Origin: an uncultured bacterium
GTDB lineage: Bacteria; SAR324; NAC60-12
Assembly: GCA_964010765.1 (NCBI GenBank)
Contig: CAXGMD010000067.1
Coordinates: forward strand, 1-19,023
Length of the DNA stretch: 19,023 nt
Reading direction: 5' to 3'
The position numbers and the translations under genes were made by a program. The notes beneath the pieces are model-generated. The model made no database searches and was not told the DNA's origin. It was given only the letters and a program-made list of their open reading frames with translations. Shown here piece after piece: positions 8,715 through 17,518 of this stretch (positions within the stretch are counted from its first letter, which is position 1; every line of letters starts with the position of its first letter).

Positions 8715-9650
8715 ATGCATATACGCATTTTAGGCTCTGCAGCCGGTGGAGGCTTTCCTCAGTGGAACTGCAATCATCCAAACAGTCGCCGCGCACGTAG
8801 AAAAGATTTTACGGCTAGTCCTCGCACCCAATCCTCATTAGCAATTAGCTCTGACAGAGAGCACTGGTTCCTTTGCAATGCTTCTCCCGATCTGCGCCAA
8901 CAAATTAATGAAAATTTAATCCTCCAGCCCCAGCCTGACGGTCCATTGCGCGCTAGCCCTATTGCTGGTGTTGTGGTAACCAATGCAGATGTTGATCACA
9001 TTGCAGGCTTGCTCAACTTACGTGAGTCACAAGCATTACAGCTCTATGCTACCAGGCGAGTACTTGAGGTGCTTGCAGCAAATCCGATCTTCCAGGTGTT
9101 GAATCCTAAATTCGTGCAACGCCGACCTCTACAGCTAGAGCAGGATCATATGCTCCAGTTGCCCGATGGTAGCTCGAGTGGTTTATTAATTCGTCCTTTC
9201 GCAGTCCCCGGGAAAATTGCTCTGTGGTTGGAAGAAAAAGGCCAAGCAGTGCCAACTGATGCAATTCAGGAAGACACGATTGCCTTGGAAGGCAAAAGCG
9301 CAGACGGTAAGACTCTCTTCTTTTACATTCCCGGTTGTGCATCAATGCCCGAGTGGTTGCAAGAACGACTACAACATGCACCGCTGCTGCTCTTTGATGG
9401 CACCCTCTGGCAAGACAATGAAATGATTGTTTCAGGAGTGGGGCAAAAGACTGGTCAGAGAATGGGACACATGAGCTTATCTGGGCCGCAGGGTTCCATT
9501 GCGACCCTGCAAAATCTTGGAATTGAGCGAAAAATCTTTGTGCACTTGAATACGACCAATCCTGTGTTGCTAGAAGATTCGCCTGAGCGTGCTGAAGCTA
9601 CTGCAGCTGGATGGGAAATTGCCCACGATGGAATGGAATTGAGCCTATGA
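8715..9650 (+). CDS. pqqB: PQQ biosynthesis protein PqqB
   Basis: LGSAAGGGFPQWNC, RTQSS, NASPDLRQQI, MGHMS and HLNTTNP motifs. Confidence 0.97.
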   Translation: MHIRILGSAAGGGFPQWNCNHPNSRRARRKDFTASPRTQSSLAISSDREHWFLCNASPDLRQQINENLILQPQPDGPLRASPIAGVVVTNADVDHIAGLLNLRESQALQLYATRRVLEVLAANPIFQVLNPKFVQRRPLQLEQDHMLQLPDGSSSGLLIRPFAVPGKIALWLEEKGQAVPTDAIQEDTIALEGKSADGKTLFFYIPGCASMPEWLQERLQHAPLLLFDGTLWQDNEMIVSGVGQKTGQRMGHMSLSGPQGSIATLQNLGIERKIFVHLNTTNPVLLEDSPERAEATAAGWEIAHDGMELSL

Positions 9651-10477
9651 TTGTCGCAGCTTCCTTGATGCCCGCTGAACGACCTGAACTAGGGGGCATC
9701 ATACCCTATACTGAAGTTGAGTTTACAGAGCAACTGACCATGATTGGGGGGACTCGCTACCACAGCCTCCATCCCTTCCACCAGTTACTGCATAACGGCC
9801 TATTGCACCATGGACAGGTGCAAGCCTGGGCTCTCAACCGCTACTACTACCAGTGGTCCATACCGCGTAAAGACCTAGCACTAATGGCTCGGATTGATGA
9901 TCTTGAACTGCGTCGCGCCTGGCGAAGCCGAGTCATCGACCACGAAGGAGATCTCGACGGCGTCGGTGGAATCGCCCGCTATCTTCAATTGTGTGAGCGA
10001 TTAAGTCTTGATATAGACTATGTTCGCTCGCTCAAAGGGTTGTTACCAGCAACCCGCTTTGCTGTTGATGCTTACATCAATTTTGTCCAAAGCCGCTCTA
10101 CATTGGAAGCAATCGCCTCATCGCTGACAGAATTATATGCACCAGCGATTCATAAAGCACGAATTGCTGGGCTCTCGCAACACTATCCCTGGGCAGACGA
10201 CTACGCACTAGCATACTTCAAGAAGCGCATTGATGAGGCAACCCGGGATGTCGATTTCGGACGTGCTTGGATTCTGCAAAATGCTCGTACTCGTAGTCAG
10301 CAAGAAGCAGTATTAGATGCTGTCCGTTTTAAAACTGACGTACTCTGGTCACAGCTTGATGCGCTTTACTCAGCCTATGTTGCTCCAGCCTTTGTGCCAC
10401 CCGGATCTTTTCTCCCTTATGAACGTGGAACAAAACGTGGCTGGGAAAACTTTAACCCCTCTCAGGCTGGTGTTTGA
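9647..10477 (+). CDS. pqqC: PQQ synthase PqqC
   Basis: YHSLHPFH, WALNRYYYQ..IPRKD, TRFAVDAY, SSLTEL and FKTDVLWSQLDAL motifs. Start placed at the ATG overlapping the pqqB stop (ATGA 9647-9650). Confidence 0.96.
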   Translation: MIVAASLMPAERPELGGIIPYTEVEFTEQLTMIGGTRYHSLHPFHQLLHNGLLHHGQVQAWALNRYYYQWSIPRKDLALMARIDDLELRRAWRSRVIDHEGDLDGVGGIARYLQLCERLSLDIDYVRSLKGLLPATRFAVDAYINFVQSRSTLEAIASSLTELYAPAIHKARIAGLSQHYPWADDYALAYFKKRIDEATRDVDFGRAWILQNARTRSQQEAVLDAVRFKTDVLWSQLDALYSAYVAPAFVPPGSFLPYERGTKRGWENFNPSQAGV

Positions 10478-10764
10478 TGAGTGAGAGACTCCTGTTAATT
10501 GAGAAGCATGTCCCCAAATTGGCTCGCCATGCTAGGCTCCGCTTTGATCAAGCACGTAACCAATGGATTATCAACGCTCCAGAGCGAGTTTTTGAGTTAG
10601 ACGAAATTGCTGGCTTAGTACTTCAAAGATTAGATGGAATAAAGTCCCTGGGATTACTGTTCGATGATTTGTCTTCCGAATTCAGTGCACCCCGAGAAGT
10701 TATTCAGACTGATGTGTTAGCTCTACTACAACCACTCGCAGATAAGGGAATTCTAAAAATATGA
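10477..10764 (+). CDS. pqqD: PqqA-binding chaperone PqqD
   Basis: PKLARHARLRFD...W...APER...LD pattern; lies between pqqC and pqqE; TGATG overlap with pqqC (alternative TTG start at 10474). Confidence 0.94.
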   Translation: MSERLLLIEKHVPKLARHARLRFDQARNQWIINAPERVFELDEIAGLVLQRLDGIKSLGLLFDDLSSEFSAPREVIQTDVLALLQPLADKGILKI

Positions 10765-11879
10765 TGAAACCTGCCAGAGAAAACCTAATTCCATATGCAC
10801 TTCTGGCTGAGTTGACACACCGCTGCCCATTGCGCTGCCCCTACTGTTCAAATCCATTAGAGCTAGAGAGAGCAAGTGCGGAACTCTCAACAGATGAGTG
10901 GAAGCGGGTACTAGATGAGGCGGTAGCAATGGGTATGCTGCAGGTTCACTTTTCAGGTGGGGAACCAACAGTACGTCGTGATCTTGAAGTACTGATAGCT
11001 CATGCTGTTCAGATTGGTTTGTACACGAACTTGATCACTTCTGGGGTGTTGCTCAGTGAGAATCGTGTTGCAGCACTGGCTGAAGCTGGCTTAGATCACG
11101 TACAGATCAGCTTTCAAGATACCGAACCAGAAAACGCTGACCGTATCGCTGGATTTGCTGGCTACCACAAGAAAATAAAAGCCGCCTACTTGGTTCGACA
11201 GGAAGAGTTGCCACTAACTCTCAACGCTGTAATGCATCGCCAAAACCTTAGCCACCTACCACAAATAATTGAACTTGCTGTGAAGTTAGGTGCGGAACGG
11301 CTTGAGGTAGCCCAAGTACAGTATTACGGCTGGGCGTTAAAAAATCAGGGGGCTTTTTTGCCAACCCGCAAGCAATTGGATGAAGCCACCGAAATAGTGG
11401 AGTCTGCTCGAAAAAAATTGAGGGGCAGATTGGTAATCGACTACGTGGTGCCCGACTACTATGCCCGTCAACCTAAAAGCTGTATGGGCGGTTGGGGTCG
11501 TCGTTTTCTTAACGTTACCCCAGCCGGCAAAGTTCTACCTTGCCATGCTGCAGAGACGCTGAAGTTTCTTGAATTTGACAGCATTCGGGAACGTTCTTTG
11601 GCTTGGATCTGGGAAAATTCTAAGGCTTTTTTAGAATTTCGGGGAACAGCCTGGATGCCAGAGCCCTGCCGTAGCTGTCCCCAGCGTGAGGTTGATTGGG
11701 GGGGATGTCGCTGTCAGGCATTTGCCCTGACTGGTAAAGCGAATGTGACAGATCCCGCTTGTGAAAAATCGCCCGACCGGGATGTACTAAAGTTACCGCT
11801 CCAGACGGCACAAATCGAGGCGCCGGAATTTCTTTATCGGAGTTTCTCTCATGGCGGCGCCCTAACTTCGATAGATTGA
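10761..11879 (+). CDS. pqqE: Radical SAM/SPASM peptide cyclase PqqE
   Basis: ELTHRCPLRCPYCSNP (CxxxCxxC), FSGGEP, QYYGWA, CMGGWG and CRSC...GGCRCQA motifs. Confidence 0.97.
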   Translation: MMKPARENLIPYALLAELTHRCPLRCPYCSNPLELERASAELSTDEWKRVLDEAVAMGMLQVHFSGGEPTVRRDLEVLIAHAVQIGLYTNLITSGVLLSENRVAALAEAGLDHVQISFQDTEPENADRIAGFAGYHKKIKAAYLVRQEELPLTLNAVMHRQNLSHLPQIIELAVKLGAERLEVAQVQYYGWALKNQGAFLPTRKQLDEATEIVESARKKLRGRLVIDYVVPDYYARQPKSCMGGWGRRFLNVTPAGKVLPCHAAETLKFLEFDSIRERSLAWIWENSKAFLEFRGTAWMPEPCRSCPQREVDWGGCRCQAFALTGKANVTDPACEKSPDRDVLKLPLQTAQIEAPEFLYRSFSHGGALTSID

Positions 11880-12184
11880 ACTCAAAAGGTCTTAGGAATG
11901 GGCAGTATCTCCAACGGGCTCACACGGAGATTTTTATCGACTGACAAACAAGACTTTTGCTGAGTTGTAACAGTTTCCTATTCAACAATACCTCTGCAAA
12001 TCAGTTGTTCATAACTCCAATATCTGCTTTTTCTGAATTCGAGCTTTTTCTATAATAGGTTTTTCCACCCCACTGGTTGCGTACAACATCATTTCTAGTG
12101 TCTGAGCCTCTCAGTTTACTCGAATAGAATAAGCCTAGTTGTTTCAGCTCAAACAGAGAGTGGCTTGAATCTACCGCCACCGAT

Positions 12185-13006
12185 TTACATTACTTTTCTT
12201 GCTACGGTTCCACGAGTAGCATCATAGCCCCAGATCGCACAGCCCAGAAAAAATGCTCCAACACATATTACCCAAATCAGTGATTCGAGGTTTGGTTCGG
12301 CATAAAACCCAAAGCGTATCAATTCAACCACATGGCTGAATGGATTCAAGTAAGCTAATCCGTACATCACCTTACTAGAGATCTTGATTTGCCAGAATGG
12401 ATAGAGGGCTGTAGAAACAAAAAACATTGGGAAAATGAAAAAATTCATTACACCAGCAAAGTTTTCTATTTGCCGGACTCTCGAAGAAACAAACAGTCCC
12501 ATCGCACCGAGCGCCACCCCACAAATCAGGAGTGTGGGAAGCAAAATGAAGTAGCCCTCCCAAGGCGGCAAGCCTGCTGTCCCTAATCGATAATAAATCC
12601 ACAATGTTGCGATCAATATGTAAGCATAACTCTGTAAAATAGAGACGAAAGCGCCTGCAATCAACTTCGAGGTTAGTAGAAACCAACGAGGCAAGGGACT
12701 AGAAAACAAAGTTTTCATGCTACCCATCTCACGATCAAGCACCATCGAAAGTGACGTTTGCATCCCGTTAAATAGTATGATCATCGCAACTAAGCCAGGA
12801 GTAATGTATACATCATACTCTACATAGGAAGTGTAAGGTGGAGATGATGGAAATCCCATTACGTTTCTAAAGCCTGTGGCAAAAACAAACAACCAAACTA
12901 ATGGACGTACAAGTGCTGCTAACAGCCGTCCTGTTTGCTGAAAGAAACGATAAATCTCTCGTTGCAAGATTCCGAGAAAGCAACGAATGTAATTATATAT
13001 ACTCAT
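12185..13006 (-). CDS. ABC-2 type permease, PQQ-dehydrogenase-associated (PedC-like)
   Basis: ALVRPLVWLFVFA.GF, YITPGL, FNGMQTSLSMVLDREMGSM, ENFAGVMNF and NPFSHVVELIRF motifs; ATGA overlap with its ATPase. Confidence 0.88.
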   Translation of the reverse strand: MSIYNYIRCFLGILQREIYRFFQQTGRLLAALVRPLVWLFVFATGFRNVMGFPSSPPYTSYVEYDVYITPGLVAMIILFNGMQTSLSMVLDREMGSMKTLFSSPLPRWFLLTSKLIAGAFVSILQSYAYILIATLWIYYRLGTAGLPPWEGYFILLPTLLICGVALGAMGLFVSSRVRQIENFAGVMNFFIFPMFFVSTALYPFWQIKISSKVMYGLAYLNPFSHVVELIRFGFYAEPNLESLIWVICVGAFFLGCAIWGYDATRGTVARKVM

Positions 13007-13770
13007 ATGCCGTCAGATTTACTGTCTGCACGATCAATCAAATATTGAAACGCTCGTCTTATGTCACTAGTTTCAGACTGGGAAACCAACTCAGCAGCCA
13101 TACTATCTGCAATCAATTGCCCTCGATGCAAAACGAGCACTTGATCCGTATCAGAAACTTCGTCAATAAGATGTGTCGCCCAAAGTAATGAAATCTGCTG
13201 CTCATCACATAGCTGCCGCATATACTTTAAAATCTCTTCTCTACTGCCCATATCCAAGCCAACCGTTGCTTCATCTAACACTAGCAAGGCTGGCTGATGC
13301 ATCAGTGATCTTGCAATTTCAACCCGTCTTAGCTGCCCACCACTGAGTGTACGGACCTTCTCATGAATTTTCTCCGCAAGTCCAATTCTCTCAAGCTCAA
13401 TTTGCATTCTTTCCTTGGAGAGAGTTCTGGACATGCCATGAAGAGCAGCAAAATACATCAGATTTTGCTGCACAGTAAGATCCATATCGAGAGTTCGCTG
13501 TTGGAATACTACTCCTAGATTTTGCAGAGCAGCAGTTGAATTGTTATGTACATCATTACCGAAAATTCTGACACTACCACCCTGGGTCTTGAACAGTCTT
13601 GTAGTCAATGAAAACAGGGTCGTTTTACCCGCACCATTCAGTCCTAGTAATACTGCAAATTTACCTTTTCTGAGATTGAATGAAACATTATTTAGAGCAA
13701 CATATTTACCATATTGGAAAGTCACTTTTTCCACTTCGAGCGCAAATTCTGAACTGACTGAAGCTCTCAT
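13003..13770 (-). CDS. ABC transporter ATP-binding protein, PQQ-dehydrogenase-associated (PedB-like)
   Basis: Walker A GLNGAGKT, GVVFQQRTLDMDLTV, signature LSGGQLRRVEIAR, Walker B LLVLDE and LWATHLIDE. Confidence 0.9.
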   Translation of the reverse strand: MRASVSSEFALEVEKVTFQYGKYVALNNVSFNLRKGKFAVLLGLNGAGKTTLFSLTTRLFKTQGGSVRIFGNDVHNNSTAALQNLGVVFQQRTLDMDLTVQQNLMYFAALHGMSRTLSKERMQIELERIGLAEKIHEKVRTLSGGQLRRVEIARSLMHQPALLVLDEATVGLDMGSREEILKYMRQLCDEQQISLLWATHLIDEVSDTDQVLVLHRGQLIADSMAAELVSQSETSDIRRAFQYLIDRADSKSDGI

Positions 13771-13816
13771 ATGTTTTTATGATTTTTTGATAAAAAAATT
13801 ACAGACTAGAATGATT

Positions 13817-14557
13817 TTAATTCTGCTCTACTAGCTGCTGCCGGATCTCAGATCGAATCAAAGAATTTCTTTCAATTTGTTGAGTTTGAATGAGAGACTC
13901 TCGGACTATACTTGTGGGATCATTACCAAAAAAAATGATCCGGTCTGCGAATCGGATTGCTTCGTCCAAGTCATGTGTTACCAATAGCACTGCACAGCGA
14001 TTCTCAAGCCAGACCTCCATCATCAACTCTCGCAACACCTCCGCATTCTGTTGGTCCAAAGACACAAAAGGCTCATCCATGAGAAGGAGTTGGGGTTGAA
14101 CGGCAAAGGCCCTGGCCAATGAAACCCTTCTCGCCATACCTAATGACAGTTCTCCGGGAAATGATTTTCGAACATTTCCCACCCCCATTTGATCAAGGTA
14201 TCGCCATGGTAGGTCACTTGATTGCTGAGACTTCGGCAGTACCAGCCGAATGTTGCTCTCGACTGTCATCCAAGGTAAAAGCAGTGGATCTTGAAAGACG
14301 TAACCCAGCCTTGCTTGACCATCCTCAATTGTTGGGGATCCAAAAGTGAGTTTTCCTTCAAATTCAGAGTCAATCCCTGCAATCAGATTGAGAAGTGTTG
14401 TCTTGCCACACCCTGATGGCCCAAAAAGACAGACAAACTCCTGATCCTGCACCTCTAACACAATATTTTGAAGTACAGTTTGTACTTTTTGCGTTTCTGC
14501 GGACCGGAATGACTTCTTGTCAAGCTGTAGTCGCAGAACTCTGCCAGCGGCGAGCAC
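13817..14557 (-). CDS. ABC transporter ATP-binding protein, NitT/TauT family
   Basis: GPSGCGKT, VFQDPLLLPW, LSLGMARRVSLARA, LLLMDEPF and LVTHD motifs. Start uncertain: GTG at 14557 chosen; the open frame extends to TTG at 14605. Confidence 0.88.
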   Translation of the reverse strand: MLAAGRVLRLQLDKKSFRSAETQKVQTVLQNIVLEVQDQEFVCLFGPSGCGKTTLLNLIAGIDSEFEGKLTFGSPTIEDGQARLGYVFQDPLLLPWMTVESNIRLVLPKSQQSSDLPWRYLDQMGVGNVRKSFPGELSLGMARRVSLARAFAVQPQLLLMDEPFVSLDQQNAEVLRELMMEVWLENRCAVLLVTHDLDEAIRFADRIIFFGNDPTSIVRESLIQTQQIERNSLIRSEIRQQLVEQN

Positions 14558-15281
14558 GTCTTTCCAAGGGTTGAAGAACGCCCCACTCCAATGCCTGAAC
14601 AACAAGGATAAAGCTCAGGCTGTATGCCATCAGAGAAGCAACGTCGAATAATTGAAAATAAAAATGGATTTGGAACCCAATTCCTTCACTACGTCCCAAA
14701 AGTTCAACCACCAAAACAATTTTCCATATCAGTGAAAGTCCCGATCGGGCTGCTGCCATGGTATAGGGAACCAACTGTGGGACCCAGACATACCAGAACT
14801 GGTGCCAAACCGATAGTCGATAAGCTTTAGATAAATCATGGTATCTTGAATTAAAACTTCGGACTCCCTCGCGAAAGATAACCGCAACATTGGGGACTTT
14901 GTTGATAATTACTGCGGTCAGTGCTGCTGCTTCAATCAACCCTAACCAAAGGTAACAGAGAACAATCGTAACCAATGCAGGGATGTTTAGAAGGACGATC
15001 AACCACATGTCCAACCACGCATTGACACGGCGGCTGATTCCCATCCAAGAACCGAGCAGACTTCCGAGGGTCATCGCTACAAAAAAGCAAATAACAACTC
15101 TGCGTAGTGTCGCCCAAAGGTGTTTCCAAAGATCACCATCTGAGGCTTCGTGTATGAGGGAAGATAGAATATTGGAGGGAGGTGGCAACACCTGGCTTTG
15201 CTGCCACTGCGCGAGGACTTCCCAGAGGAACAACAAACTCAAGAGGCTGAGAATGTTGCTCCAGAAGCTTGAATTTTTCAC
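14520..15281 (-). CDS. ABC transporter permease, NitT/TauT family
   Basis: LPPPS, HLWATLRRV, LNIPALV and ARSGLSLIWKIVLVVELLG..GIG motifs; GTG start. Confidence 0.9.
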   Translation of the reverse strand: MKNSSFWSNILSLLSLLFLWEVLAQWQQSQVLPPPSNILSSLIHEASDGDLWKHLWATLRRVVICFFVAMTLGSLLGSWMGISRRVNAWLDMWLIVLLNIPALVTIVLCYLWLGLIEAAALTAVIINKVPNVAVIFREGVRSFNSRYHDLSKAYRLSVWHQFWYVWVPQLVPYTMAAARSGLSLIWKIVLVVELLGRSEGIGFQIHFYFQLFDVASLMAYSLSFILVVQALEWGVLQPLERRARRWQSSATTA

Positions 15282-15309
15282 GTGTGAATGGGCATCACCA
15301 ATTGATCAC

Positions 15310-16266
15310 TCAATCAAATTGCCAAAAGGTGCCCTGCATCAGTGTGCCACTTTCACCAGTGAGTTCTTTGCCACCATATTTGCCTAACTTCACGAATAAT
15401 ATTGCTGCGTCTTCTTGGTGAGCAATTGTAACTGGTTCTGGAATTCCATTTAAAAAACCTCTCTTCAGTTGTTGAAAGTGCTCTTCAGAGTTTGGCTTCA
15501 TTTTCTTGCGAAGGCGTTCCCAAGAGGCATCATCTTCTTGAAGCTTTTGCTTGGCTGCTGCTGAGGCTTTCGCCAATCCCTCTACCACTTTCGGGTTCTG
15601 GCGACCCCATTCTTCCATAAAGACATAGCCAATCATTGGAAGATTGGTCATCATTCCCAAATCTTTCTGAAGATCTGATAATTCTACCAAGCGATTCATA
15701 CCTTCTGCTTCCAGAGCAGCAGAAAAGTGCCAATATGTAATGACTGCGTCTAACCTGCCATTCATCAATTCCTTATTTAAGAGTGGCGGGGCACCATAGC
15801 TTGTTTCTACCCTGCCAAGATCCAACTGGTATTGGGGAGCAGCCGCTTGCAGAAGCAGCCAGCCTTTGCTCAGTGCACCACCCGCCACACCAACTTTCTT
15901 ACCTTCCAAATCTTTCAGGCTCTTGATGTTAGATTTTGGGTTCACCATCAATCCACCAACTGAGGAGGAGTAGGGAATAAAACTGTAATTTCTTCCCTTA
16001 GCTCGTTGACTGGAAACCCACATCCAATCAGCAACAGCTACATCAGCACCGCCGTTGAGCAGTGCCAATCTGGTAGCTGGCAAATTGGCCATCTTCACCA
16101 ACTCCATTTCAATTCCTGAACTTTTATCCAATCCGTAATGCTGGATGGTATCCAGTTCCCAGTTCACCGTGCCGTAGCTCAGTGTCGCCATTCTCAGTTT
16201 CTGCTCCGCTAATGCAACAGAACTAAGAGTAATCAAAATTATTATGCAAAGTAATTTCTTGCTCAT
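15310..16266 (-). CDS. ABC substrate-binding protein, NitT/TauT-like, PQQ-locus associated (candidate PqqT-type)
   Basis: Signal peptide; motifs GTVNWEL, DWMWV, PYSSSVGG, DLEGKKVGVAGG and GAPPLL; AGGGG RBS. Ligand assignment is inference. Confidence 0.85.
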   Translation of the reverse strand: MSKKLLCIIILITLSSVALAEQKLRMATLSYGTVNWELDTIQHYGLDKSSGIEMELVKMANLPATRLALLNGGADVAVADWMWVSSQRAKGRNYSFIPYSSSVGGLMVNPKSNIKSLKDLEGKKVGVAGGALSKGWLLLQAAAPQYQLDLGRVETSYGAPPLLNKELMNGRLDAVITYWHFSAALEAEGMNRLVELSDLQKDLGMMTNLPMIGYVFMEEWGRQNPKVVEGLAKASAAAKQKLQEDDASWERLRKKMKPNSEEHFQQLKRGFLNGIPEPVTIAHQEDAAILFVKLGKYGGKELTGESGTLMQGTFWQFD

Positions 16267-16580
16267 TTTTCCCCTTTCTGATCATTTCAAAGATTTCAGC
16301 TCTCCCCGGAACCAGAGAGTTTGGGCTACCAAAAAATTAAAGTTTATTTTGGTAAGTAAATTCATTCATATGACTTTATCATCATACACTAAATCAAACA
16401 AATATTTTGAAGCTACAGGACCATTCAACAGGACACACCCATTTCATCACAGTCGTCTCACTCAACTGTGGGTTTTAATAGATGGACCCAGTGGTAGTCA
16501 GTGTTGATGCAGAGCCAGAATAATTTGGTTTTAGACAACAAGGTATTTGGTGACAGGAGAGCATCAGTCAAAAAAGACAA

Positions 16581-17336
16581 ATGATCATGAAAACTTTTTT
16601 ACAATTCAAACTGATTTGGATCATACCATTTATTATCTACTTTCTGGGAGAGATTCTGCTGGCTTATGAACAGTCCGATCTTGATCGACTAGCCAGAACA
16701 AGAAAATGCATTGGCTGTGATTTTCGTGATGCCGATTTCAGCATGGGAAGCTTACTCAATCCAATTCTTGGACTTGCAGAGCTATTGGGAAGTGAACAAC
16801 GACGGGCAAGTCTTTTAGGCACTCTTATGGACGGAGCCGATTTACTTAAAACTGACCTGCAGCGAGTTGATGTGAGTCGGTCTGATTTTCGAGGGGCTCG
16901 ACTTCTAGGCGCAAATTTAGTGGGGACCTACATGGGGGAGGCAAATTTAAGTGGGGTTGATTTGAGGTTGGCTAATCTGCATGAAGTGAATCTACAAAAA
17001 GCGGATCTAAGCAACGCAAATTGCAGCGGCGCAAACATGTACGGAATCAATTTAGTGCAAGCAAAGCTGAAAGACGCAGATCTAAGTTTGGCGAACCTGC
17101 ACTTAGCTACTTTGCGGGAGGCTGATTTGAGCGGGGTGAATTTTCGAAGGGCAAACCTGAGTGGCGCAAACTTGAGTGGCGCAAACTTGCAAAAAACTAC
17201 TCTAGAAGGGGTAGATTTAAGTGGGGCTTATCTACGTGGAACCAATATCGATTTTGAAAGCCAAGTCAAGGATATTAGACTATGCAAAACGGTGATGCCT
17301 GATGGACAAATTAACAACCGAGATTGTGAAAAATGA
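16581..17336 (+). CDS. Secreted pentapeptide-repeat protein
   Basis: Hydrophobic N-terminus, CIGC cap, about 36 in-register A(D/N)LXX units and a C-terminal LCKTVMPDG...DC cap. Confidence 0.92.
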   Translation: MIMKTFLQFKLIWIIPFIIYFLGEILLAYEQSDLDRLARTRKCIGCDFRDADFSMGSLLNPILGLAELLGSEQRRASLLGTLMDGADLLKTDLQRVDVSRSDFRGARLLGANLVGTYMGEANLSGVDLRLANLHEVNLQKADLSNANCSGANMYGINLVQAKLKDADLSLANLHLATLREADLSGVNFRRANLSGANLSGANLQKTTLEGVDLSGAYLRGTNIDFESQVKDIRLCKTVMPDGQINNRDCEK

Positions 17337-17348
17337 ATTCTTGGATTT

Positions 17349-17513
17349 TCAATCCTTCAACTCAAACATCTCTTTAATTGCAAAAGAACTTTTTACAAAA
17401 ACTCTGTTCTGCAAAGTAACAAACTTCCCAATACCCAGGGTTTCACAATTCTTCCACACGTCGTTGTCAAACCACAAACTTCCCAATAGCTCCGCCTCTA
17501 TCGACCTCTTCAT
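17349..17513 (-). CDS. Possible 54-aa ORF just downstream of the TnpB-like gene
   Basis: ATG 5 nt after the TnpB-like stop; MKRSIEAELLGSLWFDNDVWKNCETLGIGKFVTLQNRVFVKSSFAIKEMFELKD* nearly fills the gap. No good RBS or recognised motif. Confidence 0.25.
   Translation of the reverse strand: MKRSIEAELLGSLWFDNDVWKNCETLGIGKFVTLQNRVFVKSSFAIKEMFELKD
17419..17488. repeat. 15-bp perfect direct repeat, two copies with a 40-nt spacer
   Basis: ACAAACTTCCCAATA at 17419-17433 and 17474-17488. Confidence 0.85.
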
Positions 17514-17518
17514 TGGGT

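Noticed and set aside
11880..12184. 305-nt gap between convergent pqqE and ABC permease as sRNA, small gene or pqqF remnant
   Set aside because: Only a 27-codon minus-strand ORF and weak hairpins; nothing recognisable.
16281..16296. Possible target of the candidate guide in the leader of the ABC binding-protein gene (AAATCTTTGAAATGAT versus AAATCGCTGGAAATGAT)
   Set aside because: Needs a gap and two mismatches in the seed-proximal part; compatible with chance.
16740..16830. Apparent insertion in the pentapeptide protein
   Set aside because: The five-residue register is maintained (GSLLN PILGL AELLG SEQRR ASLLG); the units are merely divergent.
16900..17240. 15-nt periodic DNA repeats such as GCAAACTTGAGTGGC
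   Set aside because: Fully explained by pentapeptide-repeat coding.
17419..17488. CRISPR array
   Set aside because: Only two 15-bp non-palindromic repeats and no cas1/cas2; kept only as an unexplained repeat.
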